A stretch of DNA of 64,000 nucleotides from Ptychomitrium polyphyllum (taxonomy: Eukaryota): NCBI GenBank assembly GCA_973851085.1, contig OZ316775.1:18848001-18912000 (forward strand). Reading direction: 5' to 3'. This document shows positions 39,615 through 52,600 of the stretch, one piece after another; the first letter of the stretch is position 1, and every line of letters begins with the position of its first letter. The translations under genes were made by a program, and so were the position numbers. The notes below the pieces were generated by a model. It worked only from the letters and a program-made list of their open reading frames with translations. It did no database searches and had not been told where the DNA came from.

Positions 39615-41951
39615 AGCGCTCCCAATTCGCCGTCAAAGTCGCAAGCTTCTCTGATGAATCAATCAACACCCACACACATCGGCATCGCCAAACACTCACG
39701 TCCCTGACACACTGCCCTCTGTCCGTCTCCACACATCAAACAGAAGTTACCCCTCCCACCTCCGCAAGCCTTCTTCACACAAAACCCTAGTAATACATCC
39801 GCCACAGCTCTCACTCCACTCTCACATTGCCGAATCTTCACTCTTGAATGCCAAGCCCTCACTGTTCCTAGCTTAAAATACGATTGAATGTAGACCCTAA
39901 CACGGCACTCCATTCTCATAATCAAGCTCGGATGAGCGAATCAGTGCCCTAATCCTCATTTAGGGTTTACTCCAAAACACTGAATAAACCATTAACTTCA
40001 GTTCCTGAAATTCTGTTTCGCTGCTCTGCTTTGTGCATCTCATCAGCTTGGAGCTAAGTTGATGCGTAGCTCCCTTGGACCTCTGTATCTTTGCTGCCAC
40101 ACATGCACAAATCTTATATCAGCTGAGTCTGTGCAAGATGACATTACAGGTACCATGCTGTGCTGTACTGTGATATATGCTGTACCATACGCTGTAGTGC
40201 ATTATACACTATATTATGTACTGATATGTACTGTATTAAGGATTGTATCGATCGTGAGCATACGAAACACTGGCAACACTTGGTTTCTGAATAGTGTTAT
40301 TGATGCTCTGTGCAAGCTCGAGAACTTGCCACCTTACTAGTTATTGCTAGCATCCATTCTGAGGGGCAAGATGGTGGTGTTCACAGTGACCTCCGCCCTT
40401 GCTAGAAACAGTGGTTGAAACAAAAGTGGGTCAAGTTGATTGGATAAGAGTGATTTGAGGTGCTTCACCTTGCAGTGCCCAGGGTTGTTCATGCAGACTT
40501 GAATTTTCAATAATCTTTTCGCTGGAGCTCTTACTGCCAAAATCATATGAGTTGGTTTAAGAAGACAAGTGTATACGTCCAGTGGCAAAGCAATTACCTA
40601 GCTGCATGCCGAATTTGGAGTTAAACCAAACCAGATGGTTTTGGTGCAATACCGTAACTGTATTCTAACCGTATTCTGTGATTTAAAAGCGAGAGATTTC
40701 ATGGGATGTGTTCTTTGAGGTTCAGTAGATATGGGGCTGATTTTCTCTAAAACGAAGTTGAATGGGTGCACATATTGGTAGCTTTTGAATGAGATATCAC
40801 ATGCACAAGAGATCATTTTTCATTATTGTGAATCATTAGTTACATAGAATAAGAGTGAGTTGAGGTAAAAGGGATTATTTAAAGTATTTTAGATTGTGAT
40901 GATGGTAGGATTTTAAGATGCATTTCATCAAGGAATGTAAGGGTTGTGTCGTTATTATATAGTAAATATGTGAGTGGAAAATGTCTCAATATTTCATGGT
41001 GGTGTTTTAATATGATTTTCAAAATTTTAGGTGATTATATTTTTAGAAATAGAACTTCAAGATCTATTATGAAGAATATCTTCTAAAAAATTTGAATAAG
41101 TTTAAGGGGACTTTGATGTACATGGGAAAATTCATAAAGTGATTGAGATTTTTGCCAAAGAATTGCACCTCATAATACCTATGTGGTGCAACTACACTTA
41201 CTTGCTCCTCATATCAAAGTTGTAATCTAATTAGATGATGCTACAACATTGTATTTGCTTGAACTTGGTAATGAATTAATGCTTGACAATAAATTATTAA
41301 CTTCAATGAATTGGTGCTAAAACAACAGGTCATAATATTGATACTTTTGATAAATTTGACTCATAGTCATTAGATAATATTTGTAAAGGCAATAAAATAG
41401 ACTCTTCTTAAATGCTACCTCTTTAAACGTTATAAAACCTTGATTGTTCTTTTTTGGCACTTTCAATAAAAATATACTTGCAAACATCATGTCTTAAATG
41501 TTAAACAACTTAAGAAAATATACACTCTTTCTTTTGTAAATCCACCTTTGATAAATATTATTTTTGTTATTTCTACTAATATATGGTATTCTTACAGATA
41601 TGTATTACATATAAATAATCATTGATTTTTTAGTTATAATGAAAATGAATCTATTTAGGATTGGAATTTAAGATTTTTTAGGGAGCTTTCTTTTATAAGT
41701 ATGAATTATCTTGTTTGCCAATTGATGAGGAGACTTTTTATACTTTTTAAAGTAAATAATGCAGCTTAAGATGAAAAAGATGACAAAGTTGGTACAATCA
41801 CCTCCACAAGTTGAATATTTACAATTACAATAATCAAATTGACAATTGATTATGGTAATTCCAAGCTAAAATATATTAAAAATAATTTAGCAAAATTTCT
41901 AATTCAATGCACTTATGTAAGTACTATTAATAAATATTTCTCTAATAACAT

Positions 41952-42185
41952 TGTCGCAATCTTTGCAATGCACCTTAACAAACATCATGAATGCCAACCT
42001 TGTACACCTCTACATGCACATGATTAGCTCCTATTTCTACTCTCCAAATTCAAGGCTTAGATTCCAATTTTTCTTACTCATTTTCCTAAAAACACCTAAT
42101 TGGTCAATAGCCAACAATTAAATGTGGACTTTTATTCATATATAAGGCCTCATTTGGTGTTACTTCTATTCTACAAGACCTAATT
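41952..42185 (-). mobile_element. Old solo LTR, 3' part (continuation of 25741-26678)
   Basis: On the minus strand it reads AATTAGGTCTTGTAGAATAGAAGTAACACC...GATTGCGACA, resuming at the LTR position where 26678 stops. Followed by ATGTT (41951-41947). Confidence 0.88.
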
Positions 42186-45100
42186 TGTCGCAACCTTTGT
42201 AATGCACCTTAGCAAGCATTACGCGCGTCAACCCTGTACACCTCCACATGCACATGGTTAACCCCCATTCTCACTTTTCAAGTCTTTCTACCATTTCTCT
42301 TAGGACACCCAATTTATTAGTAGCCAATGGTTAGGTGCGGACTTCCATTCATGTCCAAGGCCTCCTTGGTGTTACTCCCATTCCACACGGCCTAACCGCA
42401 CTTAGTAGTGTCTCCTCACCACCACTCATGATGCCCATGTGATCCTAAGATCACCCCGGGTCATCATAATGCTGGCGTGAAGACACCACCCCAACTTAGT
42501 GGTAACAAGCATACTCTTTTAAACGTGCTAGCTCCCTCTGTGAAACCGGCCGTCCACCGGCTCACAATGGTGTGGGAGTCCCCGTGGTGAAGCCCCAACA
42601 TTAGCTCCACCAACCGGGACTCATTCTTGGTCTCTACCGGAACACTAGGGGAGTGGGGAGGGGGACCAGCCCTCCCTTATAGTACTCTCTGTGGAATTCG
42701 GCGGTCCCCCTGGCCCTTTGGAGTTGGCTGAACCCCGACACACCTAGAGTTTTGGAAGACCACCCGATCTTCCTTGGGACTTAGCCGCTGGAAGGCTCCG
42801 GGACTCCCAGCGGACCTTGAGGGCGCCATATCTTCCTCATCCGGTGCCCGAATGTATCGAGCAACCACTCTATCGTCATGTACTCTTCGCGTAGATGCCG
42901 ATAGACTCCTCAAACGTCCAATTTGAGTTAGTATTGTGGGAGATACGCCTCTCCCAAGGTTCGGGACTCCCGGGGAGTCCCTCCCTGGACTATCCCACTC
43001 CAGCACAGTCACTGTGTAGGGCTGCCACACTCCAGAACAGCCCCTTGGCAACCCCAACTTTGGGATGCCATAACTTTTAGCTCCCATGTCCGATTTGGGC
43101 AATCCTTAGCATTCTAGAATCAGCTCTTTGTGATTCCTCCAATGCCCTTGATCTATCCCTTGTGGCCCTCGGTCTACATGGGCAAGGATGTTTCTCCCCC
43201 TAGGGGTCCTTCCCATGCTAGGCCCACTTGATTTCTCCTCACTATTGGCGCCACAAGTCCCGGACGTCATTCCGGGGTCCTCCTTGTGCCCTTAGTGTTG
43301 CCGGCACTCCTCAAGGAGAGGTGCGCAACACTCACCTCCACCTAAATGGAGTTAATGCCCTCATCGACTATACTTATAGTCGGCACACCAATTCCAAGGT
43401 TGCCATCCTCTAGTGGTGCTGCATTGTGTTTCATCCAGGGTGCGACCCCCACAATGCACTCATAAGTCTTTGGCAAAGTCTCAAAGGTGTCGTTTGGGAA
43501 GTGGTCTATTTAGGCACCCTAGACCAAAATCTTTGGGGCCCTAAATTATTCTAGACCTACGTACTTTGAATTCCTCTTGGAATACACTCCCTAGTTAGGC
43601 TACACTTCCCTAACTCTTCCTTTCTGACTAGGCTGGACCTCAATGCTCCACCAAGTTGTCTTGGTTGCAAACCCAAGGTGGCTTTTATTCCACAACTTGA
43701 TTGCACGGGGGGAAATGCCAAGTTCCGCCTAACCTAGATCCCACTATCTCTATTGAGACGTGGGTTCATAACTCCCATGCACTAACTTTTGTTAGTTTGT
43801 AGGAGTGGCGCTTTTATGAGCACGCGCCATTTATTACCTTGTCCTCGCCCGGACAAGCCCGAGGCTAAGAGGTTTCATGGTTTTAACCATTCCTCCTCCA
43901 AGCCTTGGTCCCTATTACTCGGCCTTCCCAACTTGGTTTCACATGTCTATTCCCCCTCTTCTACCAACTTAGCACAAGCACAAGACTATGACGTTATCTT
44001 ATACTCTTTTCTTTGTACACACAAAAAATGAACTTTATTGCCATAAGTCAGGGAACCAATACATGATGTGAAGAAGTTATAACTACAAGCCACTCTCCCC
44101 CTACTAAAAGAGATTGATGTTCTCATTAATGCCGACGTTGTCTTTTGTTGGAGTTCCTATCCCTTTCAAAGCGTTCCACCACTTCATTGGCATTTCCCAA
44201 GTCCTTGGCTGCTACCCAAGTTGCTTCCTTTTCATGGTACCCTCTCCACTTCACCAAATACTCTTTTCCTACTTTTTTGTGGTGCCTACACTTGAGAATT
44301 CCTTCTACTTTGCATTCCAAGTGGTTGCCCACCAATTCTGGCAGTGGCCGAATCACTTGTTTGCGATTGGGCCACAAGGTATCTTTTTTGAATGGCTTAA
44401 GAAGTGAGACATGAAATGTTGGGTGCACTTTGATTTTGGGTGGTAGCTCCAACTTGTACACGTCTTTAAACATCCGCTCCACAATGGAAAACGGCCCCGC
44501 AAACTTGGACATGAACTTTGGAGTGAGGCCTTTGGGCAAGCTAAAGTTCTTCACATTCAACAATACCTTTTGGCCTACTTCATACTCCACTTCACGTCTT
44601 CCGGCATTGACTTGTTTCTTGTACCGCTTTTGTGCCTTTTCCAACAAAAGCTTGGTCTTTTCCAACATCTGTTCCCGCTTTTTGGCCAAGTCCTCACCAT
44701 CTTGGTTAAACTCTAGTGTTGAATGTGCCCCTTCGAGAGCTAAGTCGGCAGGCTAGAGTGGCTCCGCTCCATAGGCCACCTTAAATGGCGACTGCTTTTT
44801 CGCCGAATGGTTGGCCGCATTGTAACTGAACTCCGCTAAGTTCACATAATCCGCCCAATCGCACTGGTCCGCACTCACAAAGTTCTTCAAGTATTGGTTC
44901 AAGACTCCATTCACTCGTTCCGTTTGCCCATCCGTTTGAAGATGGAAGGCAGTGCTAAATGTCAAATTGGTTCCAACTTTCCTAAAAAAATGTTTCCAAA
45001 AAGCACTAGTGAATTTTGGATCTCGGTCCGACACAATCACTCTCGGCAACCCGTGATGTTTCCACCATGCATCGAGGAATAGCTTTGCGGTCTCATGTGC

Positions 45101-48100
45101 AGTTACGGTTCCTCTAGTTGGCACCATGTGCGCCAACTTGCTAATGCGATCCACCATTACAAAGATGGCATCATGCCCTTGCGATTCTGGAAGACTTGTG
45201 ATGAAGTCCATGGACACGCTATGCCATGGACCCGGCGGAATTGGCAAAGGTTGTAGTAGACCGGCATGCTTTTGGTAAGAGGCTCTATTGAGTTGGCACT
45301 TCACACAAGTTTTCACAAAGTCGGTGATGTCCGCTTTCATGCCCGGCCAATAGTACCTTCTTGACACCGCTGCAATGGTGGTTTTTTCCCTTCTATGGCC
45401 GGCTATGGGACTATCATGTTCTTCTTTCAAAACCAACAACCGTAATTTTCCTTGTAGCACATACACCCGACTTTGTTTGTACTTGAGCAATCCCTTCTCC
45501 AACTTAATTTCTTTAAGTTTCTTACCCTTCTTAAGCTCGCCGAGAAGCCTTTGTGCTTCGGAGTCCTTCATGTACCCCTCTCTTATCTTCCTTTCCAAAT
45601 TGCCTTCTCCCTTGTACATTACTCGCAGGACTTGGGTTGTGCCCATCGCTTGCAACTCCTCCCGCCTACTTAGAGCATCCGGCACTACATTGTCACGCCC
45701 CGGCTTGTGGATCAAATCCACATTCATGAGTGCCAAGGTGTCGTGCCACCTCAATTGTTTTGCACTCATTTGTGCTTGCGACTCAAAGTACTTCAAGGAC
45801 ACGTTGTCCGTGTAGACTTTGGTTTTATGTAGGCCCAAGTAGTGCCGCCATGTTTTCAAACAATGCACTACGGCAAAGAGTTCTTTCTCGTGCGTGGGCC
45901 ACCTCTTTTGGCACCCATCCAACTTCTTGCTCTCATAGGCAATTGGCATGCTTTCTTGCATGAACACTCCGCCAATGGCAAAATCACTTGCATCCGTGTG
46001 GACCTCAAAGGGCTTTTCAAACTCGGGAAATTTCAATACCGGCGGTTGTAACAACTTATCCTTGAGTTCTTGAAAAGCTTGGTGACAAAATCCATCCCAT
46101 ACTTGGCTAGCTCCTTTCTTCAACAAGTCGGTCAAAGGTCTAGCAATTTTGGAGAAGTTGCGTATGAACCTCCTATAATAACTTGCTAGGCCGAAAATGA
46201 TCTCAACCTCTTTTGTGTAGAAGGTTGTTTCCACTCTCTAATTGCCTTTATCTTCCTTATGTCCGGCTTGATTCCATCATCCGTCACTATATGGCCCAAG
46301 AACTCAATCTCAAGTTGAACAAACTCACTCTTTTCTCCGTTGGCATAAAGGTTGTGGTCCCTAAGTTTTTGAAGCACCACTTCGAGGTGCCTTGCATGTT
46401 CTTCCGCCGACTTGGAGTACACCAAGATGTCATCAATGTAGACAATGACAAAGTCATCCATCTCTTCTCAAAAGATGGTATTCATGAGGGTCGTGAACGT
46501 CGAAGGAGCATTACACAACCCGAATGGCATCACCAAAAATTCATAGGACCCATATCTAGTGCGGCATGCGATCTTTGGCACGTCTTCATCCGCAATGCGG
46601 ATTTGGTAGTAGCCCGACTTCAAGTCTATCCAACTAAAGTATTTAGCTCCCGCCAATCTATCAAAGAGGTCATCGATGCGAGGCAAAGGATAGTTGTTCT
46701 TGATGGTGGCTTTATTCAAGGCTCTATAGTCGACACACATGCGGAGCTTGCCATCCTTTTTGTCAACGAAGAGGACCGGTGCTCCATATGGTGACTTACT
46801 TGGCCTAACATAGCCTCTTTCCAACAAGTCATTCATTTGCTTCTTCAATTCCTCTAGCTCTTTTTGGTTCAACCGGTATGGAGCCTTAGAAGGGGGTTCC
46901 GTTCCCGGTATCACTTCAATTTTGTGATCTACTTCTCTTCTTGGAGGTAACTTTGCGGGCAGCTCATTGGTGAGCACATCCTTGTAACCACTTAGTACAT
47001 TTTGAATGCACTTGGGAATAGTCCTAACCTCCTTGGCACTTGGCCCATTCCCCTCTTCTTGCTCCATTTGCATCACAACCACAAATTGATTATTCTCTAA
47101 TTGTTCTAAAGAGACTAAGTTCAACTTGCCTCCAGCAACCATAGGAGTCCTAGTCAACTTCAATATTGTCTCCTTTCCACCACGGCGCAGTACTAACCGT
47201 GCTAGCTTTTGCTTCACATCCACCACATGAGTTTCGAAAAAGGTATCACCTAAAATGAGGTCTACCTCATCCATCTCACATAGTGTAAAGCTTTCCTTCA
47301 ACTCCAATGTTCCACTACTTAAGGCCACATCCAACACCACCTTCTTCATCTCGTATGGTTTGCCTTTTGCAAATCGCACGTTGATGGGCTTGCTAGATCT
47401 TTGAGCCGACAAGCCCAACTCCCTTGCTAGCTTGGGACTCATGAAAGAGTGCGTTGCCCCTGTGTCAATCAAACATGAGACATTTTTGCCATTTATTTGG
47501 GCCTCAAGGTATAAGATACTCAACCTTGGCTTAAGGCTACTAGCCTTGGCCACAAATCCACCTTCTAAGATGTGATCCACAACACAAGTGTGACAAGCTT
47601 TGGTACTCACCTTTTTATCGGGGCACTCCGCAATGAAGTGACCAATCTTGCCACACCCGTGGCAATGCTTGTGCTTCACCTCAGCACTCTTATCTCCCGA
47701 TTTGAATGGTTTTCTCTCATAATGGTCCACTTTATTGTAGGCCCTTCCATCTATTTGTCCCTTGTGTTTGTTTCCAAAGCCAAATTTCTTACGTTCTCCG
47801 CCCCGAGATACATTTCGTCTCAATCCACTATGTTAAGAGGGACCACTTGATTTTCTTTCGGGACCGTCGGCGTCAATTCTTTCCGCAATCTTAATGATTC
47901 CTGCCACGTCCTCCGGAAGCTTTGGAAATTTGAACAAGGCGTCCACCACCCACTTTTGAAGTCCACCTAAAAAGATGCATTTCTTTGAAAACTCATCCAT
48001 TTTGAGTGTGGCATTCATTTGGGCGTTGAAATCTTGCACATAAGTCTTGAGCAACCTGGTGTGCCTCATTTGCACCAAGTTCATGCCCTCCCTCAACTCT

Positions 48101-49696
48101 TGGTACTTCGAAGTGAAGTGTTCACTCAAAATCTCTTTACAATTGACCCAAGACAAAGTCGCTACCAACTCCGGCTCTTGTTGCTTTTTATTTGTCCACC
48201 ATTGAAGAGCATGGTCTTTCAAAAAGGTCACCGCAATTGAAACTTTTTCCACCTCTTCCGGCCTTTGAACATCATAATAGTTGTCCATTTGCAAAAGAAA
48301 CTCCTTCACCTTCCTGGCCTTACCCAGCCCAGAAAAAGTGCTTGGCATGTTCACCTTGGCCAACTTCTTGGTCGAAGATGAGGACCTGGAACCTTGTGCC
48401 ATCAAATGCTCAATCAACCTCTCTTGACGAGTCCTTTCTTCTTTGCCACGCTTGAGTTCTTGGTTCACACCGTCCATGAACTCGAGCATTTTCATGCAAA
48501 AATTCAAGTCAGGGTCCTGACTTTCTAAGCCCTCAGGTGGCTCAGGAATCCTAACTCCTGAGTACTCTCCACCCTCTAACGCTTTGTCTTGTTGAGTTTC
48601 CTCAACTTCCACGGTGACTCCGATGTCATTCCCTCGCTCATTGGAAGCAAAGGATGGAGCCTCATTAATCGGATCAGGGTCTTTGTTTACCCTCGTGCAT
48701 GGTCGTTTAGAGGCCCCGGGCTCACCGCCATCACCGGCTTTCTTCTTACCCATCGCCTCCTTGCAACGTAGCACTTAGATACTCAAAGCCTGCTCTGATA
48801 CCAAATGTCGCAACCCTTGTAATGCACCTTAGCAAGCATTACGCGCGTCAACCCTGTACACCTCCACATGCACATGGTTAACCCCCATTCTCACTTTTCA
48901 AGTCTTTCTACCATTTCTCTTAGGACACCCAATTTATTAGTAGCCAATGGTTAGGTGCGGACTTCCATTCATGTCCAAGGCCTCCTTGGTGTTACTCCCA
49001 TTCCACACGGCCTAACCGCACTTAGTAGTGTCTCCTCACCACCACTCATGATGCCCATGTGATCCTAAGATCACCCCGGGTCATCATAATGCTGGCGTGA
49101 AGACACCACCCCAACTTAGTGGTAACAAGCATACTCTTTTAAACGTGCTAGCTCCCTCTGTGAAACCGGCCGTCCACCGGCTCACAATGGTGTGGGAGTC
49201 CCCGTGGTGAAGCCCCAACATTAGCTCCACCAACCGGGACTCATTCTTGGTCTCTACCGGAACACTAGTGGAGGTTTGGGAGAGGCGTATCTCCCACAAG
49301 GTTTGGGAGAGGCGTATCTCCCAAGGTTTGGGACTCCCGGGGAGTCGCTCCCTGGACTATCCCATCTCAGCACAGTCACTGTATAGGGCTGCCACACTTC
49401 AGAATAGCCCCTTGGCAACCTCAACTTTGGGGTGCCATAACTTTTAGCTCCCATGTCCGATTTGGATAATTCATAGCATTCTAAAATCAGCTCTTCGTGA
49501 ATCCTTCAATGTCCACGATTTATCTCTCGTGGCCCTCGGTCTACATGGACAAGGATGTTTCTCCCTCTAGAAGTCTTTCCTATGTTAGGCCAACTCGGTT
49601 CTCCTCACTATCGGCACCTCAAGTCCCGGACGTCACTTAAGAATCCCTCTTGTGCCCTTAGATTTGTGGGCACTCCTGAAAGAGAGGTGCGCGACA
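42186..49696 (-). mobile_element. Defective Ty3/gypsy chromovirus, copy 2 (inverted relative to copy 1)
   Basis: Position x maps to ~76628-x. 3' LTR 42186-43330; 5' LTR 48806-49696 (891 bp, internal deletion, diverged outer part); PBS next to 48805. Same stops and frameshift as copy 1, with a few SNPs in gag. Confidence 0.97.
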
Positions 49697-52600
49697 GATG
49701 AATATCCGTTTAAACTCAAGGAAGTAAGAGCCTTTAACTCCACAATTTGCTCTGGAAGTTGCTGCAAGGATGAACACCCATCTAGGTCTAAGTTCGTAAG
49801 AGCCTTCAACTCCCGAATTTGCTCTGGAAGTTGCTGCAAGGATGAACACCCATAGAGATTCAAGTTCGTAAGAGCCTTCAATTTCCCAATTTGCTCTGGA
49901 AGTTGCTGCAAGGATGAACAACCATATAGGATCAAATCTGTAAGAGCCTTCAACTCCCCAGTTTGCCTTGGAAGTTGCTGCAAGGATGAACACCCATATA
50001 GATTCAAGTACGTAAGAGCCTTCAACTCCCCAATTTGCTCTGGAAGTTGCTGCAAGGATGAACACCCATTTAAGTACAAGTACGTAAGAGCCTTCAGCTC
50101 CCCAATTTGCTTTGGAAGTTGTTGCAAGGATGAACACCCAGTTAAGTACAAATTTGTAAGAGCCTTCAACTCTCCAATTTGCTCTGGAAGTTGCTGCAAG
50201 GATGAACACCCATTTAAGCACAAGTTCATAAGAGCCTTCAACTCTCCAACCTGTGCTGGAAGTTGCTGCAAGGATGAACACTCGTATAGGTTCAAGTTTG
50301 TAAGAGCCTTCAACTCCCCAATTTGCTCTGGAAGTTGCTGCAAGGATAAACATCCATCTAGGTTCAAGTTTATAAGAGCCTTCAACTCCCTAATTTGTAC
50401 TGGAAGTTGCTGTAAGGATGAACACCCAGTTAAGTACAAGTTTGATAGAGCCTTCAATCCCCCAATTTGCTCTGGAAGTTGCTGCAAGGATGAACACTCA
50501 TAAAGATTCAAGTTCGTTAGAGCCTCCAACTCTCTAATTTGCTCTGGAAGTTGCTGCAAGGATAAACACCCATCTAGGTTCAAGTTTGTAAGAGCCTTCA
50601 ACCCCCCAATTTGCTTTGGAAGTTGCTGCAAGGACGAACACCCATCTAGGTCCAAGTTTGTAAGAGCCTTCAACTCCCCAATTTTCTCTGGAAGTTGCTG
50701 CAAAGATGAACACCCATTTAAGTATAAGTTTGTAACAACCTTCAACTCTCCAATTTGCTCTGGAAGTTGCTGCAAAGATGAACACCCAGTTAAGTACAAG
50801 TTTGTAAGAGCCTTCAATTCCCCAATTTGCTCTGGAAGTTGTTGCAAGGATAAACACCCATCTAGGTTCAAGTTTATAAGAACCTTCAATTCCCCAATTT
50901 GCTCTGGAAGTTGCTGCAAGGATGAACACCCATATAGTTTCAAATACGTAAGAGCCTTCAACCTCCCAATTTGCTCTGGAAGTTGCTGCAAGGATAAACA
51001 CCCATATAGATTCAAGTACGTAAGAGCCTTCAACCCCCCAATTTTCTCTGGAAGTTGCTGCAAGGATAAACACCCATATAGATTCAAATACGTAAGAGCC
51101 TTCAACTCCCCAATTTGCTCTGGAAGTTGCTGCAAGGATGAACACCCATATAGTTTCAAGTACGTAAGAGCCTTCAACTCTCCAATTTGCTGTGGAAGTT
51201 GCTCCAAGGATGAACACCCAGTTAAGTACAAGTTTGTAAGAGCCTTCAACCCCCCAATTTGCTTTGGAAGTTGCTGTAAGGATGAACACCCATAAAGATT
51301 CAAGTTTGTAAGAGCCTTTAGCTGTCCAATTTGCTCTGGAAGTTGCTGCAAGGACGAACACCCATTTAAGTGCAACTTTGCAAGAACCTTCAACCCCCCA
51401 ATTTGCTCTGGAAGTTGTTGCAAGGATGAACACCCATATAGATTCAAGTACGTAAGAGCCTTCAACTCCCCAATTTGCTCTGGAAGTTGCTGCAAGGATG
51501 AACATCCATTTAAGTACAAGTTTGTAAAAGCCTTCAACTCCCCAATTTGCTCTAAAAGTTGTTGCAATGATGAGCATCCAGTTAAGTACAAGTTTGTAAG
51601 AGCCTTCAACTCCCCAATTTGCTCTGGAAGTTGCTGTAAGGATGAACACTCATATAAATTCAAGTTCGTAAGAGCCTTCAACTCCCCAATTTGCTTGGGA
51701 AGTTGCTGCAAGGATGAACACCTTGTCAAATTCAAGTTCGTAAGAGCCTTCAACTCCCCAATTTGCTTTGGAAGTTGCTGTAAGGATGAACACCCAGTTA
51801 AGTACAAGTTTGTAAGAGCCTTCAACCCCCCAATTTGCTCTGGAAGTTGCTGCAAAGATGAACATCCATCTAGATTCAAGTTTGTAAGAGCCTTCAACTC
51901 CCCAATTTGCTCTGGAAGTTGTTGCAAGGATGAACACCCATTTAAGTGCAACTTTGAAAGAGCCTTCAACCCTCCAATTTGCTTTGGAAGTTGCTGCAAG
52001 GATGAACACCCATAAAGATTCAAGTTTGTCAAAGCCTTCAACTCTCCAATTTGCTCTGGTAGTTGCTGCAAGGATGAACATCCATTTAAGTACAAGTTTG
52101 TAAAAGCCTTCAACTCTCCAATTTGCTTTGGAAGTTGCTGCAAGGATGAACACCCAGTTAAGTACAAGTTTGTAAGAGCCTTCAACTTCCCAATTTGCTT
52201 TGGAAGTTGCTGCAAGGATGAACATCCAAATAGGTCCAATAATGTAAGAGCCTTCAACTCCCCAATTTGCTCTGGAAGTTGCTGCAAGGATGAACACCTA
52301 TTTAGGTCTAAGTTTGTAAGAGCCTTCAACTCCCCAATTTGCTTTGGAAGTTGCTGCAAGGATGAACAACCATATAGGACCAAGTCTGTAAGAGCCTTCA
52401 ACTCCCCAATTTGCGCAGGAAGTTGCTGCAAGGATGAACATCCATCTAGGTCCAAGTTCGTAAGAGCCTTCAACTCCCCAATCTGCACAGGAAGTTGTTG
52501 CAAGGATAAACACCCATTTAAGTACAAGTTCGCAAGAGCCTTCATCTCCCCAATTTGCTCTGGAAGTTGCTGCAAGGATGAACACCCATTTAAGTACAAG

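Noticed and set aside
40337..40588. ORF with AKRL and RAEVT words reminiscent of the NAA30 C-terminus
   Set aside because: Motifs are in the wrong order and upstream of exon 1; probably chance.
49658..52585. Long alternative-frame ORFs (MFILAATSRANWGVEGSY..., up to 371 aa) and antisense ORFs over the LRR array
   Set aside because: By-products of a 72-bp unit with few stops in the other frames; broken by stops at irregular positions; no independent gene signals.
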